This document shows, in pieces, positions 7,977 to 16,798 of a stretch of DNA of 64,000 bases (positions within the stretch are counted from its first letter, which is position 1; every line of letters begins with the position of its first letter). Origin of the DNA: Patescibacteria group bacterium (lineage in GTDB: Bacteria > Patescibacteriota > Patescibacteriia > Patescibacteriales > GWC2-42-12); NCBI GenBank assembly GCA_041662965.1, contig JBAZRI010000001.1:35680-99679 (forward strand). Reading direction: 5' to 3'. The position numbers and the translations under genes are program-made. The notes beneath the pieces are model-generated. The model saw only the letters and a list, made by a program, of their open reading frames with translations. It made no database searches and was not told the DNA's origin.

Positions 7977-10900
7977 ATGAAGATTAAAAGAATAAAATTA
8001 AATAGTCAAAAGATTGTTTTAGGAATCCGATTCCTTCGGAGGAATCGGATTCCTTCGGCCGCTTTGGCCGCCTTGCTTATCTTCGCTTTGGCAGGAAGCT
8101 ATTTTTTATTTTTTAAAAGTACTGCCGTGGAGGCCGGCTGGTGGAACGATTCGTGGCAGTACCGCAAAGCCATTAATATTACTAATGATTCGGGAGCCGA
8201 GCTCGTAGATTTTCAGACTTTGGTTTTAAGCGCGGTTAATTTGTCCGCCGATATCACCGCCGGGAAAATTCGCGCGGATTTAGGCGATCTGCGCTTTGTT
8301 AATTATTTGGGCGAGGTTTTGCCTTACTGGATTGAAGATATTACCGCTACGACCACGGTTAACGCCTGGGTTAAGGCGCCCAGCTTGCCTGCCGGCGGCG
8401 CGACTATCTATATGTATTACGGCAATCCGTCGGCCACGAGCGCGCAAAATCCGAGTAATATTTTTCCGTTTTTTGACGATTTTAATTCTTCTTTAGATAC
8501 GGCTAAATGGACGGCCACGGGCGCTTATTCAATTTCCGGCGGCGCCATGACGATTACCACCGGCGCGGTTTATACCAACAGCCAGATTTTAGCCACGGCG
8601 CAAAATTATATTTATGAATATAAAGCCAAATGGGCGGCCACGGGCTCCGGCTATGCCGGTTTGGAAATCGCGGGCGCGCAAACTACTTATGGCAGTAACA
8701 GTCCGGCTAATAAACTAGCTTATTTTATGACTAACGGCGGCGCTTTAGACAATCAGGCCTGGGCGGGCGATGGAACGGTCACTTCATATAATATTGTCAG
8801 CGGGGTTACGCAATACACGGTTACGGCTAATACTTATTATATAGACGGTTTTTCCGTTGATGCTTCCAATATCAGATATTATCATAATCGCAGCCAAACC
8901 AATCCTTACGCCGGCACCTGGACTTCGGCGCCTTATCTTTGGCTTGGTTATTTTACCGGCGCGGGCGCGGGCACGACCGATACTCGCGACTTAACCGTGG
9001 ATTGGGTTTTAGCCAGAAAATACGCTTCAACCGCGCCGACCGCCGCGGCGCCGGCGACCGAAGAAGTTGCCGCCGGCCCGGTTGCTTATTGGTCCTTAGA
9101 CGACGGGCAGGGCATCACGGCGCAGGACGGCACTACTAATAAAAATAATGGCACGCTGACAAATATGTCCGCCACCGCCTCTTCCACTTCCGGCTGGCAG
9201 ACGGAAGATAATTGTATCGCGGGAAAATGCTCGGCGTTTGATGGGGGGAATGATTATGTGGATATAGGCAATAGCAATATATTAAAACCATCACTACCAA
9301 TTACTGTGTCCGTATGGGTAAAGTTAAAAGTTAATAATGTTTATCAAGGTATTTTAATGAATGACGATTATTATTCGGATAGTAGCGGTAATTATTATGG
9401 AATTGAGGTTGATATAAGCAATAGCGGTAAATTACGAGCAAGTTTTGGAGACGGAGCCGGTAATAGTCTGTCAAACCGTCGTACTAAAACAGGAACAACA
9501 GCTTTATTAACAAATATTTGGTATCATCTTACTTTCGTCATTAGAGGTGCTAATGACATGAGTTTATATATAAATGGTGTTGATGATGGGGGCACTTATG
9601 AAGGAAGTGGCGGTGTATTAGCTTATAGTTCCGCAAGTGGCCGCATAGGAGAAATGGATAGTAATTTTCACATTAATGGTAAAATCGACGAGGTAAAAGT
9701 TTATCCATATTCCCGCACGGCGGCACAGATTAAAATGGATTATAATGTCGGACTGGCCGGGATGAGCGGAGCATCTGCCGGAGACGGCGCGGCTGTTTCC
9801 ATCGGTAAAAAATCTAGCGCCTGGCTGAGTAATGGGTTGGTGGCTTGGTGGAAAATGGATGAAACCGCCACGACTTCCGGAGCGATTGATTATTCGGGCA
9901 ATGGCAATACCGGAACCTACATAAACACGGCTTCCACCACGGCCGGCTATTTTGGCAATGGCGGAAGCTTTGACGGGGTGGATGATTATGTTTCAATTCC
10001 TGATAACGGAACAATTTTAGATTTTAACGCCACCAGCCAATATACTTGGTCAAGCTGGATAAAAAATGCCAGTACGACTTCAGGCACTTCGTGCTTTTTG
10101 TCTAAAGATGGGATTCCGGTATCAAAAATAGTGGGATTTAATTTATGTTTAAATCAAACCGACAGTACGGCCGACGTAGTTGTTTGCAAAGGAAATGGAG
10201 CGTGGGAACTTAATTGTTCCAGCGGGTTAGGCTTAAATATTGCGGTTAACGAATGGAATAATATTGCTATAACTTATGACGGAGCCACCAATTGGGGGAT
10301 TTATAAAAACGGCAGTTTAATGGGAACGATTAATTTCGCGGTTGATTCAGATACTTCGTATAAATATTTCATTGGCGCCGGAGTGGATACAACAAACACA
10401 GGAGTTCAAACCCCAGAACATTTTTTCAAAGGCTCTGTTGACGATGTTCGGGTTTATAACCGCCTGCTTTCTAATCGTGAAGTCAGCGATTTATATAACT
10501 ACGCCCCCGGGCCGATAGCCTATTGGAAGATGGATGAGCGCAACGGCCAGTATGCTTATGATAATTCGGGCAATGGGAATAATGCGACCTTGGGCGCCTC
10601 CGCCGTGAGCGGCTCCGACGACCCGGCTTGGGCCAATGGAAAATTCGGCGCCGGGCTGAAGTTTGACGGGGTGGATGATCGGGTAAGCGTAGAAGATAGC
10701 GATAGCACGGATATCGGTTTCTCCAATTTAACTATTTCTTTTTGGATGAAAAACAACAATGTTTCTTCTTTACAGAGGATAATAGCTAAATTGGCGACTA
10801 ATGCGTCAGGGGCAGGATATTTCGTATCAACGGTTGGCGCCGGCAATCAGTTATATTTTCAGGCGCAAGACGGAGTTAATTCGCTTAATCCGGTTTTCAA

Positions 10901-11429
10901 TCCGTATTTAAAAATTGATAATTTATGGCATTATGTTTCGGTTACTTTGGATCGGTCAATCTCCAGCGGAGTTAAATTTTATTTTGACGGAGTATCGCAG
11001 ACTTGTAATAGTAATTGTTCTTATAACGCGACTTTATTGGGTAATATTTCCAATTCTTTAAAGCTGGCGCTAGGGAATAGAAGCGCAACCGATCCTGGTC
11101 TTCCTATGAATGGTTCTCTTGACGATGTTAAAATTTACAACTACGCCCGGACGCAAAAGCAAATTATTGAAGACATGAATGCCGGGCATCCGGCCGGAGG
11201 CAGTCCGGTTGGTTCGCAAACCGTTTATTATAAATTTGACGAAGGTTATGGCGCGACGGCTAATAATTCGGGCAACGGCGGAGCAACTTTAAACGGAACT
11301 TTAACTCCGGGCGGCGGAGGAGCTAACGATACGGCCGCCAAAATGTGGGATAACGCCGGAAAGTTCGGCAAAGGGGTAGAGTTAGACGGGACGGATGATT
11401 ATATCAGCGTGCCGAATTTTACGTATTAA
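7977..11429 (+). CDS. Giant surface protein: TM anchor, DUF2341-like domain and multiple LamG (Laminin_G_3-like) repeats; appears truncated inside its last LamG repeat
   Basis: WWNDSWQYRKAINITN...IYMYYGNPSA (DUF2341 type). There are at least 5 repeats of the F(D/G)G.DDYV...W(H/Y)...(Y/F).(D/N)G...DDV(R/K).Y type. The ORF ends ...ELDGTDDYISVPNFTY*, just after the start motif of a LamG repeat. Confidence 0.8.
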   Translation: MKIKRIKLNSQKIVLGIRFLRRNRIPSAALAALLIFALAGSYFLFFKSTAVEAGWWNDSWQYRKAINITNDSGAELVDFQTLVLSAVNLSADITAGKIRADLGDLRFVNYLGEVLPYWIEDITATTTVNAWVKAPSLPAGGATIYMYYGNPSATSAQNPSNIFPFFDDFNSSLDTAKWTATGAYSISGGAMTITTGAVYTNSQILATAQNYIYEYKAKWAATGSGYAGLEIAGAQTTYGSNSPANKLAYFMTNGGALDNQAWAGDGTVTSYNIVSGVTQYTVTANTYYIDGFSVDASNIRYYHNRSQTNPYAGTWTSAPYLWLGYFTGAGAGTTDTRDLTVDWVLARKYASTAPTAAAPATEEVAAGPVAYWSLDDGQGITAQDGTTNKNNGTLTNMSATASSTSGWQTEDNCIAGKCSAFDGGNDYVDIGNSNILKPSLPITVSVWVKLKVNNVYQGILMNDDYYSDSSGNYYGIEVDISNSGKLRASFGDGAGNSLSNRRTKTGTTALLTNIWYHLTFVIRGANDMSLYINGVDDGGTYEGSGGVLAYSSASGRIGEMDSNFHINGKIDEVKVYPYSRTAAQIKMDYNVGLAGMSGASAGDGAAVSIGKKSSAWLSNGLVAWWKMDETATTSGAIDYSGNGNTGTYINTASTTAGYFGNGGSFDGVDDYVSIPDNGTILDFNATSQYTWSSWIKNASTTSGTSCFLSKDGIPVSKIVGFNLCLNQTDSTADVVVCKGNGAWELNCSSGLGLNIAVNEWNNIAITYDGATNWGIYKNGSLMGTINFAVDSDTSYKYFIGAGVDTTNTGVQTPEHFFKGSVDDVRVYNRLLSNREVSDLYNYAPGPIAYWKMDERNGQYAYDNSGNGNNATLGASAVSGSDDPAWANGKFGAGLKFDGVDDRVSVEDSDSTDIGFSNLTISFWMKNNNVSSLQRIIAKLATNASGAGYFVSTVGAGNQLYFQAQDGVNSLNPVFNPYLKIDNLWHYVSVTLDRSISSGVKFYFDGVSQTCNSNCSYNATLLGNISNSLKLALGNRSATDPGLPMNGSLDDVKIYNYARTQKQIIEDMNAGHPAGGSPVGSQTVYYKFDEGYGATANNSGNGGATLNGTLTPGGGGANDTAAKMWDNAGKFGKGVELDGTDDYISVPNFTY
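8021..8054. repeat. Hairpin H1 inside the 7977 CDS (in frame)
   Basis: aggaatccgattccttcggaggaatcggattcct encodes GIRFLRRNRIP in the signal-peptide n-region. Confidence 0.85.
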
Positions 11430-11479
11430 TCCTTTCGTAGCATATTACGAATAGAATATGATTAATTCGTGGCGGGCAT

Positions 11480-11508
11480 TTGACAGGAGTTTCTAAATAG
11501 TATATATT
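11480..11508 (+). promoter_or_regulatory. Sigma70-like promoter for the ATPase gene
   Basis: TTGACA (11480-11485), a 17-nt spacer, then TATATT (11503-11508). Confidence 0.45.
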
Positions 11509-11511
11509 ACC

Positions 11512-11553
11512 AATGTTGATAAAATTAAAATATCAACATTAATAATGTTGATA
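11512..11553. promoter_or_regulatory. Operator-like inverted repeat plus a third half-site
   Basis: aatgttgata (11512-11521) and tatcaacatt (11531-11540) form a perfect 10-bp inverted repeat. A third aatgttgata lies at 11544-11553. The element sits between the promoter and the start codon. Confidence 0.4.
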
Positions 11554-11558
11554 AATTT

Positions 11559-12803
11559 ATGATAAATTCAAGCCTTTTGGAAAAAGTAATCATGGATCAA
11601 GCCCGAACATTCAAAGAAAAAGACGCCGGAATCGGCCGGGACGTTGATTTTGAGCAATATCTAAAAACCAAACATATAACAGTAATTTCCGGAATCAGAA
11701 GAAGCGGAAAGTCCACGCTGCTCAAGCAATTTTCAGAGCGTTATTCATCTTTTTATTATCTTAATTTTGATGACGAGCGGCTGATCGGTTTTTCCGTATC
11801 CGACTTTCAAACCCTGATGGTAATGTTTCAAAAACTTTTTCCTGCCAATGTGATTTTGCTTGACGAGATTCAAAATGTGCCAAAATGGGAGCGTTTCGCC
11901 CGTAGAATCTTTGAAGAAGGATATAAAATATATCTAACCGGTTCCAACGCCAAACTTTTAAGTTCCGAGCTGGCCACTCATCTCACCGGAAGATACCTGA
12001 AATTGGAGCTTTATCCCTTTTCTTTCAAGGAATTTTTAAGCTTCCATAATTTTTCTTATCGCGGGCTAACTTCAAAAAAAGAAGCCGGAATATTGAGGCA
12101 TTTTGAGCATTTTATTCAAGCAGGAGGATTCCCTGAATTTGTGACGAGCGGCCGGCGGGAAATTATGGAGCAGATTTTTGAGGATATAGTTTATCGCGAC
12201 TTAATTGCCCGTTTTAAGATTAGGGAAACAAAAAATTTCAAACTGCTGGTTAATTATGTGTTTACGAATTTTACCGGTGAAGCAAGCTATAATTCCATAA
12301 AAAATATTCTTGAATTCAAAAGCACCACTTCAGTGAAAAATTATATTGATTTTATTCAGGAAAGCTACTTGGCCTTTGAGCTTTTTAAGTATGATTATTC
12401 GCTGAAAAAGCAATATGTATCCAATAAGAAAATTTATGTAATTGATAACGGCCTGCGCAACGCGGTAGCTTTTTCCAATTCTCCTGATACGGGAAAATTA
12501 TTGGAAAATACGGTGTTTTTGGAATTAAAAAGGCGCGGCGAAGAAATATATTATTACAAAGGAAAAAATGAATGCGATTTTATTACCAGGCAGGGCATGA
12601 AAATCAGCGAAGCGATTCAGGTGACGAAGAATATTGATCGCGATAATGAAAAGAGGGAACTTGAAGGCCTTTTAGAGGCCATGGAAAAATTTAAGTTGAA
12701 AAAAGGCTTGATTATAACGGAAAATCAGGAAGAAGGCAAAATTGTTAAAAGCAAAAAAATTAAAATAATTCCGGCCTGGAAATGGCTTTTGGAAAAAAAA
12801 TAA
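11559..12803 (+). CDS. AAA+ ATPase of the AAA_14/DUF4143 (COG1373-like) family
   Basis: Walker A GIRRSGKST, Walker B ILLDEIQ, then the family-typical LTGSNAKLLSSELATHLTGRY..L.LYPFSFKEF segment. Confidence 0.75.
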   Translation: MINSSLLEKVIMDQARTFKEKDAGIGRDVDFEQYLKTKHITVISGIRRSGKSTLLKQFSERYSSFYYLNFDDERLIGFSVSDFQTLMVMFQKLFPANVILLDEIQNVPKWERFARRIFEEGYKIYLTGSNAKLLSSELATHLTGRYLKLELYPFSFKEFLSFHNFSYRGLTSKKEAGILRHFEHFIQAGGFPEFVTSGRREIMEQIFEDIVYRDLIARFKIRETKNFKLLVNYVFTNFTGEASYNSIKNILEFKSTTSVKNYIDFIQESYLAFELFKYDYSLKKQYVSNKKIYVIDNGLRNAVAFSNSPDTGKLLENTVFLELKRRGEEIYYYKGKNECDFITRQGMKISEAIQVTKNIDRDNEKRELEGLLEAMEKFKLKKGLIITENQEEGKIVKSKKIKIIPAWKWLLEKK

Positions 12804-12822
12804 AATTGATAATTATTAAAAA

Positions 12823-14652
12823 ATGAATTCAAAATTCAAAATCAAAAATTATTTATTTTTAGCAATAATATTGGTTGCTTGTTTTGGCTTTTTTCATCCG
12901 GCCCAAGCAACATCAGGCAGAGGAAGTTTTTCAGCAAGTATTTTTGTTAATCCTTCCGGTTCAATAGCTTCAAAAGCCATAATCGGCAAAGCGGAAGAAT
13001 TCAGAATGGCGACTGACGCGAACGGATTTCCTCTCTGCCAAGGAAAGTTTATGAGCAGCTGGGTAGCGGCCGCTACTTCTTCTATCGCGATTTCAATCGG
13101 GCAGTGGTCTCAAATCACTTGCGTATTTAATACAACGGATTTAAAAATTTATGTTAATGGAATACTCGCGGGGACGCAAGCGATCAGCGGAATTCCAGTA
13201 ACTGCTAATGTTTGGAAAATCGGCAAGGACGACAGCGCGGGGACGCCTTACGGAATTTTAGCCGGCTTAGTGGACGAATATAAATTTTATAGTTATTCAT
13301 TAACCGCTGACGAAATTAAAATTGATTATAATAAAAACGCGGCGCTAAAACTCGGTTCGTATTCCACCGATGTTAACGGCGTAGCCTCGTCTTCGGCCTC
13401 GGCGATTTATTGCGTGCCGGGTTCAACCGATCCGTGCGCGCCGCCGGTCGGGGAATGGAAGTTTGAAGAAGGTTCGGGGCAAAGCGCGCAAGATACGAGC
13501 GGGAACGGAAATACGGGAACTTTGGGTACCGTCTCTACACCCGATTCGGCAGATCCGGTTTATGCTAATGGAAAAGTCGGCAAGGGGTTGAAGTTTGATG
13601 GGGCGGATGATTATGTGGATGTGGGTGATATAACGGACGGCCTAAGTCAAGTTACTATATGTGCATGGGCAAAATCCGCTGTAGCAGATTTTGGAAGGGA
13701 GATGTCTATTGCCAGAGAATCTGCACAAATCAATCTTCAGAGGAGAGATGATAGTAATCAACAGTTTTATTTTTTAGTTTATAATGATAGCACGTCCGTT
13801 GCTGCATTGGGAGATACCTTTTATACGGATACTAATTGGCATTATGTTTGTGGAGTTTACAATGGAGCTACTGTCGATTTATATGTTGACGGAAAAGACG
13901 ATGAAGCCGCAGTTAATTCTTTAACTGGAACTGTTAGGAGCACAGTTGCGAATTTACAGATATCTGGATCTGATTTTTGGAGCGGAATGCTTGACCAAGC
14001 CCGCGTTTACAACTACGCCCGGACGCCGGCACAAATCGCTTGGGAATATAATCAAGGCGCGCCTGTCGGGCATTGGAAAATGGACGAATGCCAGGGCGGG
14101 GTGATCCATGATTCTTCGCCTAATAAAAATAACGGCCAACTCTATATCGGCACGGGTGGCACGCAAACCGCCACCGGCACCTGCCAAACCGCCGATACGG
14201 TTTGGGGCAATGGCGCTTCGGGAAAACGAAACGCCTCGCTTAATTTTGATGGGAGTGATGATTATGTAAATCAGCCCACTTCCGTGAGCGGCGTGCAATC
14301 GGTTAGTTTTTGGGCTTATCCGACTTCTAATTCTCAATCATTTCTTCAGCTAACCGGCGGCGCTGGGGCGAAGATAATAACTTCAAGCAATGGAACAGTG
14401 AGCGCGAATGGATTTGCCAGCCCGACAATTTATGTCAACGGCATAGCTAACGGAAAAGTTTTGGCTAGCACCTGGAATTATATTACCGTTACTACCGGCA
14501 CCGCTATTACCGCTAATGCTATTAAATTGGGCCTAGTTGGCGCTACCTATTATTCAGGTAAATTGGATGATATCCAGATTTTTAATTACACCCTAACTCC
14601 GGTGCAGATTAAAAATTTATATACCGGCGGGGCGGTAAGGTTTGGGCAGTAG
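12823..14652 (+). CDS. LamG-repeat surface protein; likely the 3' continuation of the 7977 gene with a new signal peptide
   Basis: Signal-like N-terminus (LFLAIILVACFGFFHPAQA). It is followed directly by the middle and end of a LamG repeat (FSASIFVNP...KIYVNG...VDEYKFYSYSLTADEIKIDYN), then three more LamG repeats. Confidence 0.75.
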   Translation: MNSKFKIKNYLFLAIILVACFGFFHPAQATSGRGSFSASIFVNPSGSIASKAIIGKAEEFRMATDANGFPLCQGKFMSSWVAAATSSIAISIGQWSQITCVFNTTDLKIYVNGILAGTQAISGIPVTANVWKIGKDDSAGTPYGILAGLVDEYKFYSYSLTADEIKIDYNKNAALKLGSYSTDVNGVASSSASAIYCVPGSTDPCAPPVGEWKFEEGSGQSAQDTSGNGNTGTLGTVSTPDSADPVYANGKVGKGLKFDGADDYVDVGDITDGLSQVTICAWAKSAVADFGREMSIARESAQINLQRRDDSNQQFYFLVYNDSTSVAALGDTFYTDTNWHYVCGVYNGATVDLYVDGKDDEAAVNSLTGTVRSTVANLQISGSDFWSGMLDQARVYNYARTPAQIAWEYNQGAPVGHWKMDECQGGVIHDSSPNKNNGQLYIGTGGTQTATGTCQTADTVWGNGASGKRNASLNFDGSDDYVNQPTSVSGVQSVSFWAYPTSNSQSFLQLTGGAGAKIITSSNGTVSANGFASPTIYVNGIANGKVLASTWNYITVTTGTAITANAIKLGLVGATYYSGKLDDIQIFNYTLTPVQIKNLYTGGAVRFGQ

Positions 14653-14686
14653 AGGAATTGGATTCCTTTAAAGGAATCCAATTCCT
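14653..14686. repeat. Hairpin H1 variant (perfect 34-nt palindrome)
   Basis: aggaattggattcctttaaaggaatccaattcct. Confidence 0.85.
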
Positions 14687-14806
14687 GAACCGGCGGCGCG
14701 GTCAGATTCGGGAATTAAATCCCCCTAGCCCCCTTTGCTAAAGGGGGCAAGAAAAGAGGGAGGAGCGGTGAGGTTTGGAAATAAAATAAAAAATGATAAA
14801 AATTTT

Positions 14807-15637
14807 ATGAAAAAAAATAAAAAAATCGCGATTTTTGAAGGACAGAAAATTCGCCGAATTTGGGATGAAAATAAAGAATTATGGTATTTTTCCGTGGTGG
14901 ATGTTGTTGAAGTTTTAACTGACAGCGTGGATGCTCGAGATTATTGGTATAGGATGAAGATTAGAGTGAAAAATGAGGATGGAATTGAGTTGTCGACAAT
15001 TTGTCGACAACTGAAATTAATAGCTAATGACGGCAAATATTATTTAACTGATGTTGCTGACACGGAAGGGATATTTAGAGTCATCCAATCAATACCCTCG
15101 CCTAAAGCCGAGCCGTTTAAATTATGGCTGGCTAGAATCGGCTATGAGCGGGTTGAAGAAACCGAAGATCCGGAAAAAGGCATTCAAAGGGCTATGGCCA
15201 CCTATCTTAAAAAAGGCTATTCTAAAGAATGGGTGGACTTGCGCTTAAAGAGCATGGAAATCAGAAAAGATTTAACCAATGAATGGGATAAGCGAGGCGT
15301 TAAAACGTCCGATGAATTCGCAATTTTGACCGACGATATAACTTTCGCCTGGGCCGGGCTGAAAATAAAGGATTATAAAAAACATAAAGATTTAAAGAAA
15401 GAAAATTTACGGGACAATATGACTAATTTGGAATTAGTTTTAAATATGCTGGCCGAAACCGCGACCGCGGAAATTTCCAAAAAGCGCCAGCCTAAAAATT
15501 TTCCGGCCAATCGCAGGGTAGCGAGAGAGGGCGGCGGCATTGCCGGAACGGCGAGAAAACAAATTGAAGCTAAAACCGGACAGCCGGTAATTTCCAATGC
15601 CAATTTTCAAGCGCGAAAAAAGCTGTTGAAAAAATAA
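14807..15637 (+). CDS. Bro-N domain protein (DinD/antirepressor-like)
   Basis: FEGQKIRRIWDENKELWYFSVVDVVEVL (Bro-N type), then SIPSPKAEPFKLWLARIGYERVEE. The ATG at 14807 is preferred, because the upstream part of the ORF only translates repeat sequence. Confidence 0.6.
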   Translation: MKKNKKIAIFEGQKIRRIWDENKELWYFSVVDVVEVLTDSVDARDYWYRMKIRVKNEDGIELSTICRQLKLIANDGKYYLTDVADTEGIFRVIQSIPSPKAEPFKLWLARIGYERVEETEDPEKGIQRAMATYLKKGYSKEWVDLRLKSMEIRKDLTNEWDKRGVKTSDEFAILTDDITFAWAGLKIKDYKKHKDLKKENLRDNMTNLELVLNMLAETATAEISKKRQPKNFPANRRVAREGGGIAGTARKQIEAKTGQPVISNANFQARKKLLKK

Positions 15638-15655
15638 TAACTAATTTATAAATAT

Positions 15656-16570
15656 ATGCAAAAAATAATAAATTTCCTCAAGTACAACAACGCCGCGGTT
15701 ATAATCCTCGCGATTATTTTAATCCTCGGCGGCGGCGCGCTCGCGGCCGGCCCGGAAAATATCGGGGTTAAACAGACCAGCGTAGAAGGCACGGACAATA
15801 CGCTGCTACTTTCGGCTGATTTAAGCGCGTTTAATATGGATTTTAAAATTGAAAAAATTGAGCAGGATGAAAATTATTATTACGCGACCTATAGCTATTT
15901 GGATTTAACGGTTATAGACAGCGCCTGGCAATACCAGCTAAGCTCAAAAACGCAAAAAATCAGCAAAAAAATCAGAGAAGATTTAGGCGTTTATCTGGCC
16001 AAGTTTTTAGCCAAGCATTACCAGGCGCGGGTTAGAGAGCTAAAGCAGGCTAAAGCCGAAGCCGAGTCGTTAGGCGAACAAAGACGAATAGAAGTCACGG
16101 AATACAGCGGCTTAATCGGTTTAACCCTTGATTTAGCGGCTAAAGTTTTTCCCGGCTACGAGCCGATAGTGAAAACAGAATTGCCCGCGCCGGAATTCAA
16201 CCTGCCCGACTTTAACGCCGACGCGCCGGAGAACAGCCCGGCGGATAATTTAACGCAGATTTATAACGATTACATAGCCGCGCATCCGGAAATTTTTACC
16301 ACGCCGATGCCGGACGATACGGCCAGCGGCACGCCGGAGACGGTCGTTCCGGAAGATACTACCGTTCCGGACGAGACCGTAACTCCGGAAACCCCGCCTG
16401 AATCTGAAACTCCGATCATCCCCGAGCCGGACAGCGTGGACATTATTGAATTGCCGGTTGAGGAGCCGGCGAGCGAAACTCCAGTAGCCGAGCCTGCGCC
16501 TGAAGCACCGGTATCAGAAAGTGAAACAGCGCCGGCGGAAAACGCGGCGCCCAGCGAACCGGCGGAATAG
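15656..16570 (+). CDS. Hypothetical membrane-anchored protein with a Pro/Glu/Thr-rich C-terminus
   Basis: N-terminal TM helix (AAVIILAIILILGGGALAA) and a low-complexity PE/PET tail. No recognisable domain. Confidence 0.5.
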   Translation: MQKIINFLKYNNAAVIILAIILILGGGALAAGPENIGVKQTSVEGTDNTLLLSADLSAFNMDFKIEKIEQDENYYYATYSYLDLTVIDSAWQYQLSSKTQKISKKIREDLGVYLAKFLAKHYQARVRELKQAKAEAESLGEQRRIEVTEYSGLIGLTLDLAAKVFPGYEPIVKTELPAPEFNLPDFNADAPENSPADNLTQIYNDYIAAHPEIFTTPMPDDTASGTPETVVPEDTTVPDETVTPETPPESETPIIPEPDSVDIIELPVEEPASETPVAEPAPEAPVSESETAPAENAAPSEPAE

Positions 16571-16580
16571 TTGTATTTAT

Positions 16581-16795
16581 GTCATTGCGAACCCCGTAAT
16601 CGGGGTGAAGCAATCCCACGGACAATTTTATAGAGTAAATTTTTATAGCAGGAACAATCTATAAATGTTTTAGGAATCCGATTCCTTCGGAGGAATCGGA
16701 TTCCTTCCGCCTTCCTTCCGCCGCATACGGCCTTCTCGCAATGACAAAAAGAGATAAGCTCGCAATGACAAAAGAGAAGTTCGCGATGGCAGATA
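16581..16795. repeat. LamG-upstream module, full copy
   Basis: The order is gtcattgcgaa, the ccccgtaatcgggg hairpin, acaattttatagagtaaatttttatagcaggaacaatctataaat, H1 (16672-16705), a duplicated ttccttccgcc, and 2-3 copies of ctcgcaatgac. Confidence 0.85.
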
Positions 16796-16798
16796 AAT

